Position numbers and translations under genes: made by a program. The notes beneath the pieces are model-generated. The model had not been told where the DNA came from, ran no database searches, and saw only the letters and a list, made by a program, of their open reading frames with translations. From contig CM082583.2 in the NCBI GenBank assembly GCA_040954595.2, positions 776,542-840,541 of the forward strand: a stretch of DNA of 64,000 bases, in the 5' to 3' direction. Shown piece by piece: positions 39,156 through 53,061 of this stretch. Origin of the DNA: Balanoglossus misakiensis (Eukaryota; Animalia; Hemichordata). The first letter of the stretch is position 1. The number at the start of each line of letters is the position of its first letter.

Positions 39156-39794
39156 TTGATATTGTACTTCATTTTATAATGTGTTTATTTATTTTGTTTT
39201 TCTATTTTTAACTAAATATTTCTACTTGACTTTTCATTTTTAATGACATTTGAAATTACTTTAGAATTGTTTTTACTTGTGTTTGTGATTTTTATTTAAT
39301 TTCGTATTTTAGTTCGTAAAGGTTATTCTTTCAGTTTTTTACTTTCTAGTTTAATAAATTTTTCATTATATTGTAAATAGTAGTACTTATAGTAATAAAA
39401 AATCATAGAATTCATGACAATGTCCCACTGCATGTATATATAGCTTGTGTATGTGTGATCTATTTGACGGTGGTGGAGTGTACTGGTACGTGTGCAGGAA
39501 TGAAAAGATTGGCTGAAGACAAAGCTGGCCACAGAAAAGAACTATCACTAACATATATTCTACCCTTTAGTTATACATGAAACAATAAGTGTACTGGACA
39601 AAGGAGGTATAAGTCTTTCATTGTTAATGACACTTATTCCCCCAACATTCGTAAACTCACTGTGGATAAAGTGAATATTCCAAAAGGAGAAATGAGAATC
39701 AGAAGCCAAAGCAAATATTCTGATCATTCTGACATAAAGCTGTATAAACGTGACGCTAGGTGTATAGAAATTCATCCTTTTATTCACCTTTATT

Positions 39795-40012
39795 AGAATG
39801 CATAAATGTGGTGCAAGGTGTACATGAATTATTCACCCTTATGAGAGTGCATAAAGGTGATTATTTGTGGTAAGCCATTATACCAATTTATAGAGTTGCA
39901 TAAAGATGTATAAATGAATATCTTTATGCTGCATAAAGATGATTGCAAGAACAGCTTTAATCATATTTATACCAACTTTAAGCATTGCATAAACCTGGGC
40001 TTTCATCCTGTG
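39795..40012. repeat. Right subterminal repeats and TIR of the CACTA element
   Basis: At least 5 TGCATAAA copies, ending TTTCATCCTGTG. Confidence 0.85.
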
Positions 40013-40015
40013 TAT

Positions 40016-43000
40016 AAACCCGACGTGATTACAGTTGTTAACTTACGCCAGTCTGTGTCCTATATATAGTGCCGGGGCATCAGCCGTGCCAGGCCGAAGG
40101 AAATGTGAGTAGATCAACGTGGTCTCTGTACGCGTGTTTCTGCTCTAGAGTGTCAGGGCTTTAGCAAAGCCATGCCGTAGGAAATCTGACTTGATCAACG
40201 TTGCTAGCGAACGCTAGTGTCTGTCATAGTGTGCCGGGGTTTTAGTCGAGCCAAGCCGTAGGAGATCAGACTTGATCAACGTGGTCTCTGTACGCGTGTT
40301 TCTGCTCTTGACTGCCGGGGCTTTATCCAAGCCATGCCGTAGAAAATCTGACTTGATCACCGTTGCTAACGTACGCTAGTGTCTGTCATATTGTGACGGA
40401 GATTTAGCCGAGCCAGGCCGTAAAAAATCGACTTGTTCAACGTTACCAGTGTGCAACTGTTTCTGCTCTAGAGTGTCAGGGTTTTAGCCGATTTATGCTG
40501 TAGGAAATCAGAGTTGATGAACGGGAATTCAATGTTAGAAAACCCGTGTGGAAAGTATCTCTACTCGTTTGAAACTAAGAAAAGAATTTATTCTTATTTA
40601 TTTTGTAAAAAAGACAATGTTTCGAAACAAAGGCGAAAATGGTAATTTTGTCTTGGGTGATTCAAATTATACCACCTTTTCTGGAATTTGCAGCACTTTT
40701 TACAAGAGAACGACACTTCATGCTCCATAATATTTCCGAAAATGAAGAAAAGAGTTAATTTTTTATGATTTTTTAAAATTTTACCATTTTTGTCAAAATA
40801 TGGCCAAAATGGCTATTTTTTCTTGAATTCCGTCAATATCTCTGCATTTTTGGAGTGGTCGAAACTTTTAACATACAATCAACATGTCATATATGATCGG
40901 GGCACCAAATTCGAAGAACAAAGGTTTTTTTATTTTTTTTTCTAAAAATGACATTTTCAAGGAAAATTTGGTAAAACGCAATTTTGTCTGCAGTGAGCCA
41001 AATTAGACGGTCTTTTGTGGAATTTGTATCGATATATACATACGAAGAGCATTCTATACTCCATCAGATTTCCGAAAATGTAGAAAAGGGTATTTTTTGT
41101 AATTTTGAAAAATTTTCCATTTTGACCAAATTGTGGCTAAAATTGTTATTTAAGTGTTGAATGCCGCCAGTGTCACTGCTTTTAAAAGTCATAAAAACTT
41201 TTAACATACAAGCCATTCTTTATATATGATCAGGTCACCGAATTAAAAAAATAAAGAATGTTTTGCCTAAAAATGACCTTTTAGGTGCAAAAACGAATAA
41301 AACGTAATTTTGTATTAAATCAGTTCATTCAGAGTGCATTTTTTATAATCAGCACCATTTTTACATATAATGGAAATTTCATACATCATCAGATATCCAA
41401 ATATGAAAAAATGATTTAGATTTTAGATGATTGTCCAAAATTAGCTGATATCTAATAAATGTAGTATTGAACCGTTCTGTTTCCCCCCCCCCTATATTAT
41501 ATGCGGTACGCCGATGTCAGCTTACCCGGCAGTACTGCAGGCCGTGCCCCCAACTAACGTCGGTGTTTGTAACGCCCTGGTTAAATTCGGGCTTTCTCTA
41601 TAAATTGACAGGCAATAATGCAGTCCTACCCGAACAAATGTCGAGTGTTGACCCGCTGTGACTTTCCCTCTTCGGTTTGCCCGACTTAGCCAACGTCTTT
41701 GTACTAGAGTGTCGGGTCTTTTGCAGAGCCAGGCCGAAGGAAATCCGACTTGATCACCGTTGCTAACGAACGCTAGTGTCTGTCATGGTGTGCCGGGGTT
41801 TTAGTCGAGCCAGGCCGTAGGAGATCTGCCTTGATCAACGTGGTCAATGTACGCCTGTTTCTGCTCTAGAGTGCCGGGGCTTCAGCTGAGCCAGGCCGTA
41901 GGAAACCCGACGTGATTACCGTTGTTAACTTACGCCAGTCTGTGTCCTATATATAGTGCCGGGGCATCAGCCGTGCCAGGCCGAAGGAAATGTTAGTCGA
42001 TCAACGTGGTCTCTGTACGCGTGTTTCTGCTCTAGAGTGTCAGGGCTTTAGCAAAGCCATGCCGTAGGAAATCTGACTTGATCAACGTTGCTAACGAACG
42101 CTCAATATTTTTAAGCGTAATTTGAAAACATACCTTTTTACTCGGTTTTATGTGTAACGTGTTCGATTGTGTCCTTTTAACTATTTTTACCAGCCTTGTA
42201 TTTTTTAATCTACTGTTTTAGCTGTGCACAATGCGCTGAGACGTATGTGTAGCGCATTTTAAACAATTCTTAATAATAATAATAATAATAATAACGCTAG
42301 TGTCTGTCATAGTGTGCCGGGGTTTTAGTCGAGCCAAGCCGTAGGAGATCAGACTTCATCAACGTGGTCTCTGTACGCGTGTTTCTGCTCTAGAGTGCCG
42401 GGGCTTTATCCAAGCCATGCCGTAGAAAATCTGATTTGATCACCGTTGCTAACGTACGCTAGTGTCTGTCATATTGTGACGGAGATTTAGCCGAGCCAGG
42501 CCGTAGAAAAATCGACTTGTTCAACGTTACCAGCAACTGTTTCTGCTCTAGAGTGTCAGGGTTTTAGCTGACTTATGCTGTAGGAAATCTGAGTTGATGA
42601 ACGGGAATTCAATGTTAGAAAACCCGTGTGGAAAGTATCTCTTCCCGTTTGAAACTAAGAAAAGAATTTATTCTTATTTATTTTGTTAAAAAGACAATTT
42701 TTCGAAAAAAAGTCGAAAATGGTAATTTTGTCTTGGGTGATTCAAATTATACCACCTTTTCTGGAATTTGCAGCACTTTTTACAAGAGAACGACACTTCA
42801 TGCTCCATAATATTTCCGAAAATGAAGAAAATAGTTAATGTTTTATGATTTTTTAAAAATTTACCATTTTTGTCAAAATATGGCCAAAATGGCTATTTTT
42901 TCTTGAATTCCGTCAATATCTCTGCATTTTTTGAGTGGTCGAAAGTTTTAACATACAATCAACATGTCATATATGATCAGGGCACCACATTTGAAGAACA

Positions 43001-46000
43001 AAGGTTTTTTTATTTTTTTTTCTAAAAATGACATTTTAAAGGAAAATTTGGTAAAACGCAATTTTGTCTGCAGTGAGCCAAATTAGACGGTCTTTTGTGG
43101 AATTTGTATCGATATATACATACGAAGAGCATTCTATACTCCATCAGATTTCCAAAAATGTAGAAAACAGGTATTTTTTGTAATTTTCAAAAATTTACCA
43201 TTTTGACCAAATTGTGGCTAAAATTGTTATTTTCGTGTTGAATGCCGCCAGTGTCACTGCTTTTAAAAGTCATAAAAACTTTTAACATACAAGCAATTGT
43301 TTATATATGATCAGGTCACCGAATTAAAAAAATAAAGAATGTTTTGCCTAAAAATGACCTTTTTGGTGCAAAAACGAATAAAACGCAATTTTGTATTAAA
43401 TCAGCTCATTCAGAGTGCATTTTTATAATCAGCACCATTTTTACATATAATGGAAATTTCATACATCATCAGATATCCAAATATGAAAAGATGATTTAGA
43501 TTTTAGATGATTGTCCAAAATTAGCTGATATCTGATAAATGTAGTATTGAACCGTTCTGTTTCTCCCCCCCCCTACATTATATGCGGTACGCCGATGTCA
43601 CCTTACCCGGCAGTACTGCAGGCCGTGCCCCCAACTAACGTCGGTGTTTGAAGCGCCCTGGTTAAATTCGGGCTTTCTCTATAAATTAACAGGCAATAAT
43701 GCAGTCCTACCCGAACAAATGTCGAGTGTTGACCCGCTGTGACTTTCCCTCTTCGGTTTGCCCGACTTAGCCAACGTCTTTGTACTAGAGGGTCGGGTCT
43801 TTTGCCGAGCCAGGCCGAAGGAAATCCGACTTGATCACCGTTGCTAACGAACGCTAGTGTCTGTCATGGTGTGCCGGGGTTTTAGTCGAACCAGGCCGTA
43901 GGAAATCTGACTTGATCAACGTGGTCAATGTACGCCTGTTTCTGCTCTAGAGTGCCGGGGCTTCAGCTGATCCAGGCCGTAGGAAACCCGACGTGATTAC
44001 CGTTGTTAACTTACGCCAGTCTGTGTCCTATATATAGTGCGGGGCATCAGCCGTGCCAGGCCTAAGGAAATGTGAGTAGATCAATGTGGTCTCTGTACGC
44101 GTGTTTCTGCTCTAGAATGCCAGGGCTTTAGCCAAGCCATGCCGTAGGAAATCTGACTTGATCAACGTTGCTAACGAACGCTAGTGTCTGTCATAGTGTG
44201 CCGGGGTTTTAGTCGAGCCAAGCCGTAGGAGATCTGACTTGATCATCGTGGTCAATGTACGCGTGTTTCCGCTCTAAAGTGCCGGGGCTTGAGCTAAACC
44301 AGGCCGTAGGAAATCCGACGTAATCACCGTTGATAACTTACGCCAGTCTGTGTCATATAGAGCCGGTGCACCAGCGGAGTCACGCCGTAGGACATCTGAC
44401 TTGATCAACGTGGTCAATGTACGCCTGTTTCTGCTCTAGAGTGCCGGGGCTTCAGCTGAGCCAGGCCGTAGGAAACCCGACGTGATTACCGTTGTTAACT
44501 TACGCCAGTCTGTGTCCTCTATATAGTGCCGGGGCATCAGCTGTGCCAGGCCGAAGGAAATGGGAGTAGATCAACGTGGTCTCTGTACGCGTGTTTCTGC
44601 TCTAGAGTGCCAGGGCTTTAGCCAAGCCATGCCGTAGGAAATCTGACTTGATCAACGTTGCTAACGAACGCTAGTGTCTGTCATAGTGTGCCGGGGTTTT
44701 AGTCGAACCAAGCCGTAGGAGATCAGACTTGATCAACGTGGTCTCTGTACGCGTGTTTCTGCTCTAGAGTGCCGGGGCTTTATCCCAGCCATGCCGTAGA
44801 AAATCTGACTTGATCACCGTTGCTAACGTGCGCTAGTGTCTGTCATATTGTGACGGAGATTTAGCCGAGCCAGGCCGTAGAAAAATCGACTTGTTCAACG
44901 TTACCAGTGTGCAACTGTTTCTGCTCTAGAGTGTCAGGGTTTTAGCCGACTTATGCTGTAGGAAATCTGAGTTGATGAATGGGAATTCAATGTTAAAAAA
45001 CCTGTGTGGAAAGTGTCTCTACCCTTTTGAAACTAAGAAAATAATTTATTCTTATTTATTTTGTAAAAATCACAATTTTTCGAAAAAAAGTCGAAAATGG
45101 TAATTTTGTCATGGGTGATTCAAATTATACCGCCTTTTCTGGAATTTGCAGCACTTTTTACAAGAGAACGACACTTCATGCTCCATAATATTTCCGAAAA
45201 TGAAGAAAAGAGTTAATTTTTTATGATTTTTTAAAAATTTACCATTTTTGTCAAAATATGGCCAAAATGGCTATTTTTTTTGAATTCCGTCAATATCTCT
45301 GCATTTTTGGAGTGGTCGAAAGTTTTAACATACAATCAACATGTCATATATGATCAGGGCACCAAATTCGAAGAACAAAGGTTTTTTTTTATTTTTTTTT
45401 TCTAAAAATGACATTTTCAAGGAAAATTTGGTAAAACGCAATTTTGTCTGCAGTGAGCCAAATTGGCCGTTTTTTGTGGAATTTGTATCGATATATGTAT
45501 ACGAAGAGGATTCTATACTCCATCAGATTTCCGAAAATGTAGAAAACAGGTATTTTTTGTAATTTTCAAAAATTTACCATTTTGACCGAATTGTGGCTAA
45601 AATTGTTATTTTCGTGTTGAATGCCGCCAGTGTCACTGCTTTTAAAAGTCATTAAAACTTTTAACATACAAGCAATTGTTTATATATGATCAGGTCACCG
45701 AATTTAAAGAATAAAGAATGTTTTCCCTAAAAATGACCTTTTTGGTGCAAAAACGAATAAAACGCAATTTTGTATTAAATCAGCTCATTCAGAGTGCATT
45801 TTTTATAATCAGCACCATTTTTACATATAATGGAAATTTCATACATCATCAGATATCCAAATATGAAAAAATGATTTAGATTTTAGATGATTGTCCAAAA
45901 GTAGCTGATATCTAATAAATATAGTATTGAACCGTTCTGTCCCCCCCCCCTACATTACATGCGGTACGCCGATGTCAGCTTACCCGGCAGTACTGCAGGC

Positions 46001-49000
46001 CGTGCCCACAACTAACGTCGGTGTTTGAAACGCCCTGGTTAAATTCGGGCTTTCTCTATAAATTGACAGGCAATAATGTAGTCCTACCGGAACAAATGTC
46101 GAGTGTTGACCCGCTGTGACTTTCCCTCTTCGGTTTGCCCGACTTAGCCAACGTCTTTGTACTAGAGTGTCGGGTGTTTTTCAGAGCCAGGCCGAAGGAA
46201 ATCCGACTTGATCACCGTTGCTAACGAACGCTAGTGTCTGTCATGGTGTGCCGGGGTTTTAGTCGAGCCAGGCCGTAGGAGATCTGACTTGATCATCGTG
46301 GTCAATGTACGCGTGTTTCCGCTCTAAAGGGCCGGGGCTTCAGCTAAACCAGGCCGTAGGAAATCCGACGTAATCACCGTTGATAACTTACGCCAGTCTG
46401 TGTCATATAGAGCCGGTGCACCAGCCGAGTCACGCCGTAGGAAATCTTACTTGATCAACGTGGTCAATGTACGCCTGTTTCTGCTCTAGAGTGCCGGGGC
46501 TTCAGCTGAGCCAGGCCGTGGGAAACCCGACGTGATTACCGTTGTTAACTTACGCCAGTTTGTGTCCTATATATAGTGCCGGGGCATCAGCCGTGCCAGG
46601 CCGAAGGAAATGTGAGTAGATCAACGTGGTCTCTGTACGCGTGTTTCTGCTATAGAGTGCCAGGGCTTTAGCCAAGCCATGCCGTAGGAAATCTGACTTG
46701 ATCAACGTTGCTAACGAACGCTAATGTCTGTCATAGTGTGCCGGGGTTTTAGTCGAGCCAAGCCGTAGGAGATCAGACTTGATCAACGTGGTCTCTGTAC
46801 GCGTGTTTCTGCTCTAGAGTGCCGGGGCTTTATCCAAGCCATGCCGTAGAAAATCTGACTTGATCACCGTTGCTAACGTACGCTAGTGTCTGTCATATTG
46901 TGACGGAGATTTAGCCGAGCCAGGCCGTAGAAAAATCGACTTGTTCAACGTTACCAGTGTGCAACTGTTTCTGCTCTAAAGTCTCAGGGTTTTAGCCGAC
47001 TTATGCTGTAGGAAATCTGAGTTGATGAACGGGAATTCAATGTTAGAAAACCCGTGTGGAAAGTATCTCTACCCGTTTGAAACTAAGAAAAGAATTTATT
47101 CTTATTTATTTTGTAAAAAAGACAATTTTTCGAAAAAAAGTCGAAAAATTGCAATTTTGTCTTGGGTGATTCAAATTATACCGCCTTTTCTGGAATTTGC
47201 AGCACTTTTTACAAGAGAACGACACTTCATGCTCCATAATATTTCCGAAAATGAAGAAAAGAGTTAATTTTTTATGATTTTTCAAAAATTTACCATTTTT
47301 GTCAAAATATGGCCAAAATGGCTATTTTTCTTGAATTCCGTCAATATCTCTGCATTTTTGGAGTGGTCGAGAGTTTTAACATACAATCAACATGTCATAT
47401 ATGATCAGGGCACCAAATTCGAAGAACAAAGGTTTTTTTATTTTTTTTTCTAAAAATGACATTTTCAAGGAAAATTTGGTAAAACGCAATTTTGTCTGCA
47501 GTGAGCCAAATTAGACGGTCTTTTGTGGAATTTGTATCGATATATACATACGAAGAGCATTCTATACTCCATCAGATTTCCGAAAATGTAGAAAACAGGT
47601 ATTTTTTGTAATTTTCAAAAATTTACCATTTTGACCAAATTGTGGCTAAAATTGTTATTTTCGTGTTGAATGCCGCCAGTGTCACTGCTTTTAAAAGTCA
47701 TAAAAACTTTTAACATACAAGCAATTGTTTATATATGATCAGGTCACCGAATTAAAAAAATAAAGAATGTTTTGACTAAAAATGACCTTTTTGGTGCAAA
47801 AACGAATAAAACGCAATTTTGTATTAAATCAGCTCATTCAGAGTGCATTTTTATAATCAGCACCATTTTTACATATAATGGAAATTTCATACATCATCAG
47901 ATATCCAAATATGAAAAGATGATTTACATTTTAGATGATTGTCAAAAATTAGCTGATATCTGATAAATGTAGTATTGAACCGTTCTGTTCCCCCCCCCCC
48001 CTACATTATATGCGGTACGCTGATGTCAGCTTACCCGGCAGTACTGCAGGCCGTGCCCCCAACTAACGTCGGTGTTTGAAACGCCCTGGTTAAATTCGGG
48101 CTTTCTCTATAAATTGACAGGCAATAATGCAGTCCTACCGGAACAAATGTCGAGTGTTGACCCGCTGTGACTTTCCCTGTTCGGTTTGCCCGACTTAGCC
48201 AACGTCTTTGTACTAGAGTGTCGGGTCTTTTGCAGAGCCAGGCCGAAGGAAATCCGACTTGATCACCGTTGCTAACGAACGCTAATGTCTGTCATGGTGT
48301 GCCGGGGTTTTAGTCGAGCCAGGCCGTAGGAGATCTGACTTGATCATCGTGGTCAATGTACGCGTGTTTCCGCTCTAAAGGGCCGGGGCTTCAGCTAAAC
48401 CAGGCCGTAGGAAATCCGACGTAATCACCGTTGATAACTTACGCCAGTCTGTGTCATATAGAGCCGGTGCACCAGCCGAGTCACGCCGTAGGAAATCTTA
48501 CTTGATCAACGTGGTCAATGTACGCCTGTTTCTGCTCTAGAGTGCCGGGGCTTCAGCTGAGCCAGGCCGTGGGAAACCCGACGTGATTACCGTTGTTAAC
48601 TTACGCCAGTTTGTGTCCTATATATAGTGCCGGGGCATCAGCCGTGCCAGGCCGAAGGAAATGTGAGTAGATCAACGTGGTCTCTGTACGCGTGTTTCTG
48701 CTCTAGAGTGCCAGGGCTTTAGCCAAGCCATGCCGTAGGAAATCTGACTTGATCAACGTTGCTAACGAACGCTAATGTCTGTCATAGTGTGCCGGGGTTT
48801 TAGTCGAGCCAAGCCGTAGGAGATCAGACTTGATCAACGTGGTCTCTGTACGCGTGTTTCTGCTCTAGAGTGCCGGGGCTTTATCCAAGCCATGCCGTAG
48901 AAAATCTGACTTGATCACCGTTGCTAACGTACGCTAGTGTCTGTCATATTGTGACGGAGATTTAGCCGAGCCAGGCCGTAGAAAAATCGACTTGTTCAAC

Positions 49001-52000
49001 GTTACCAGTGTGCAACTGTTTCTGCTCTAGAGTGTCAGGGTTTTAGCCGACTTATGCTGTAGGAAATCTGAGTTGATGAACGGGAATTCAATGTTAGAAA
49101 TCCGTGTGGAAAGTATCTCTACCCGTTTGGAACTAAGAAAAGAATTTATTCTTATTTATTTTGTAAAAAAACAATATTTCGAAAAAAAGTCGAAAATGGT
49201 AATTTTGTCTTGGGTGATTCAAATTATACCGCCTTTTCTGGAATTTGCAGCACTTTTTACAAGAGAACGACACTTCATGCTCTATAATATTTCCGAAAAT
49301 GAAGAAAAGAGTTAATTTTTTATGATTTTTCAAAAATTTACCATTTTTGTCAAAATATGGCCAAAATGGCTATTTTTCTTGAATTCCGTCAATATCTCTG
49401 CATTTTTGGAGTGGTCGAGAGTTTTAACATACAATCAACATGTCATATATGATCAGGGCACTAAATTCGAAGAACAAAGGTTTTTTTATTTTTTTTTCTA
49501 AAAATGACATTTTCAAGGAAAATTTGGTAAAACGCAATTTTGTCTGCAGTGAGCCAAATTAGACGGTCTTTTGTGGAATTTGTATCGATATATACATACG
49601 AAGAGCTTTCTATACTCCATCAGATTTCCGAAAATGTAGAAAACAGGTATTTTTTGTAATTTTCAAAAATTTACCATTTTGACCAAATTGTGGCTAAAAT
49701 TGTTATTTTCGTGATGAATGCCGCCAGTGTCACTGCTTTTAAAAGTCATAAAAACTTTTAACATACAAGCAATTGTTTATATATGATCAGGTCACCGAAT
49801 TAAAAATATAAAGAATGTTTTGCCTAAAAATGACCTTTTTGGTGCAAAAACGAATAAAACGCAATCTTGTATTAAATCAGCTCATTCAGAGTGCATTTTT
49901 TATAATCAGCACCATTTTTACATATAATGGAAATTTCATACATCATCAGATATCCAAATATGAAAAAATGATTTAGATTTTAGATGATTGTTCTGTTCCC
50001 CCCCCCCCTACATTATATGCGGTACGCTGATGTCAGCTTACCCGGCAGTACTGCAGGCCGTGCCCCAACTAACGTCGGTGTTTGAAACGCCCTGGTTAAA
50101 TTCGGGCTTTCTCTATAAATTGACAGGCAATAATGCAGTCCTACCGGAACAAATGTCGAGTGTTGACCCGCTGTGACTTTCCCTGTTCGGTTTGCCCGAC
50201 TTAGCCAACGTCTTTGTACTAGAGTGTCGGGTCTTTTGCAGAGCCAGGCCGAAGGAAATCCGACTTGATCACCGTTGCTAACGAACGCTAGTGTCTGTCA
50301 TGGTGTGCCGGGGTTTTAGTCGAGCCAGGCCGTAGGAGATCTGACTTGATCATCGTGGTCAATGTACGCGAGTTTCCGCTCTAAAGTGCCGGGGCTTCAG
50401 CTAAACCAGGCCGTAGGAAATCCGACGTAATCACCGTTGATAACTTACGCCAGTCTGTGTCATATAGAGCCGGTGCACCAGCCGAGTCACGCCGAAGGAA
50501 ATCTGACTTGATCAACGTGGTCAATGTACGCCTGTTTCTGCTCTAGAGCGCCGGGGCTTCAGCTGAGCCAGGCCGTAGGAAACCCGACGTGATTACCGTT
50601 GTTAACTTACGCCAGTCTGTGTCCTATATATAGTGCCGGGGCATCAGCCGTGCCAGGCCGAAGGAAATGTGAGTAGATCAACGTGGTCTCTGTACGCGTG
50701 TTTCTGCTCTAGTGCCGGGGCTTTATCCAAGCCATGCCGAACAAAATCTGACTTGATCACCGTTGCTAACGTACGATAGTGTCTGTCATATTGTGACGGA
50801 GATTTAGCCGAGCCAGGCCGTAGAAAAATCGACTTGTTCAACGTTACCAGTGTGCAACTGTTTCTGCTCTAAAGTCTCAGGGTTTTAGCCGACTTATGCT
50901 GTAGGAAATCTGAGTTGATGAACGGGAATTCAATGTTAGAAAACCCGTGTGGAAAGTATCTCTACCTGTTTGAAACTAAGAAAAGAATTTATTCTTATTT
51001 ATTTTGTAAAAAAACAATATTTCGAAAAAAAAGTCGAAAATGGTAATTTTGTCTTGGGTGATTCAAATTATACCGCCTTTTCTGGAATTTGCAGCACTTT
51101 TTAGAAGAGAACGACACTTCATGCTCCATAATATTTCCGAAAATGAAGAAAAGAGTTAATTTTTTATGATTTTTTAAAAATTTACCATTTTTGTCAAAAT
51201 ATGGCCAAAATGGCTATTTTTTCTTGAATTCCGTCAATATCCCTGCATTTTTGGAGTGGTCGAAAGTTTTAACATACAATCAACATGTCATATATGATCA
51301 GGGCACCAAATTCGAAGATAAAAGGTTTTTTAATTTTTTTTTCTTCTAAAAATGACATTTTCAAGGAAAATTTGGTAAAACGCAATTTTGTCTGCAGTGA
51401 GCCAAATTAGACGGTCTTTTGTGGAATTTGTATCGATATATACATACGAAGAGCATTCTATACTCCATCAGATTTCCGAAAATGTAGAAAACAGGTATTT
51501 TTTGTAATTTTCAAAAATTTACCATTTTGACCAAATTGTGGCTAAAATTGTTATTTTCGTGTTGAATGCCGCCAGTGTCACTGCTTTTAAAAGTCATAAA
51601 AACTTTTAACATACAAGCAATTGTTTATATATGATCAGGTCACCGAATTAAAAAAATAAAGAATATTTTGCCTAAAAATGACCTTTTTGGTGCAAAAACG
51701 AATAAAACGCAATTTTGCATTAAATCATCTCATTCAGAGTGCATTTTTATAATCAGCACCATTTTTACATATAATGGAAATGTCATACATCATCAGATAT
51801 CCAAATATGAAAAGATGATTTACATTTTAGATGATTGTCCAAAATTAGCTGATATCTGATAAATGTAGTATTTAACCGTTCTGTTCCCCCCCCCCCCCCT
51901 ACATTATATGCGGTACGCTGATGTCAGCTTACCCGGCAGTACTGCAGGCCGTGCCCCAACTAACGTCGGTGTTTGAAACGCCCTGGTTAAATTCGGGCTT

Positions 52001-52189
52001 TCTCTATAAATTGACAGGCAATAATGCAGTCCTACCGGAACAAATGTCGAGTGTTGACCCGCTGTGACTTTCCCTGTTCGGTTTGCCCGACTTAGCCAAC
52101 GTCTGTGTACTAGAGTGTCGGGTCTTTTGCAGAGCCAGGCCGAAGGAAATCCGACTTGATTACCGTTGATAACGAACGCTAGTGTCTGT
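40016..52189. repeat. Composite ~2.05-kb macrosatellite (right block, about 6 units)
   Basis: Resumes in register at AAACCCGACGTGATTAC. Landmarks are at about 41469, 43549, 45929, 47977, 49990 and 51873. Confidence 0.98.
42103..42292 (+). mobile_element. Second copy of the truncated non-LTR insertion, at the identical satellite position
   Basis: Same sequence and AACGCT TSD as 9256-9442, with one extra TAA in the tail. Confidence 0.8.
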
Positions 52190-52397
52190 TATGGAAAGCC
52201 GTTGGGGACGCCCGACAACTTCTCTCAATACATGGGTAAAGTCCATAGACAAATGATAGGAACGCATATGCTGAAAATATGACGCACATTGGGTGCCGAC
52301 GCCGTAATCTAAAATGCCGGTAACAACCAAATTTTTGCCGACACCTTTACTCAATCTACCGGCGCCGACAAAATCACAACCGGTGATTTGATGAGTT

Positions 52398-52765
52398 CTC
52401 GCATCGGCGTTTCTACAGAGTTGTCGCATCGGCGTTTCTACAGAGTTGTCGCATCGGCGTTTCTGGAGAGTTGTCGCATCGGCGTTTCAGCTAGAGAGTT
52501 GTCGCATCGGCGTTTCTGGAGAGTTTTGTCGCATCCGCGTTTCTGGAGAGTTTTGTCGCACCGGCATTTCTACACATGCGCATCGGCGTTTCAGCTAGAG
52601 TTTTCTCGCATCGGCGTTTCTGGAGAGTTTTGTCGCACCGGCATTCTACACATGCGCATTGGCGTTTCAGCTAAAGAGTTTTCCCGCATCGGCGTTTCTG
52701 GAGAGTTTTGTCGCACCGGCATTCTACACATGCGCATTGGCGTTTCAGCTAAAGAGTTGTCGGCG
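52398..52765. repeat. Subterminal minisatellite of the IS3EU-like element
   Basis: About 15 copies of (T)CGCA(T/C)CGGC(G/A)TTTC at ~20-26-bp spacing, with a ~71-bp higher-order unit in the distal half. Confidence 0.9.
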
Positions 52766-53061
52766 ATTTTGGACAGCGGCTTTTTCTTCTCGGTCTCCTC
52801 TTTAGTTAAGGTTTTGTAGTCAAAGAGTAAATCACAAGGCAAAATCTCGAGATGCTGAACTGCTGCTAGGTCTCCCATGCATTTGTTAGAACACTGAGCT
52901 AAAAGTCTTTCAACGTTATAGGCTTAGATATTTTAAATAAATTATTGTTATTAGCAAATTATAATTTTTACGTTTGTTATCATGTGGTCAACCGATGTTC
53001 GTACAGAGCATGCGCATAAGATCAACATGCTACTCCAAGGCAACTGTTGCTGATGAGAATT

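Larger units (their letters stand above)
22958..40012 (-). mobile_element. CACTA/EnSpm (CMC) superfamily DNA transposon, ~17.05 kb
   Basis: Interrupts the satellite motif TAGGAAA|CCCGACGTG. The left end is CACAGCACGAAA; the right end reverse-complements to CACAGGATGAAA. TTTATGCA/TGCATAAA subterminal repeats occur at both ends. It encodes a Transposase_21-like protein. Removing it restores a ~2055-bp satellite unit. Confidence 0.93.

Noticed and set aside
1-52189. 2-kb tandem unit as a 5S rRNA, tRNA, snRNA or histone gene array
   Set aside because: I recognised no conserved RNA-gene or histone sequence in the unit. An Infernal/Rfam scan would be the definitive test.
52160-52878. ORFs of 89-143 aa with internal repeats
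   Set aside because: Translations of the subterminal minisatellite and adjacent terminal sequence.
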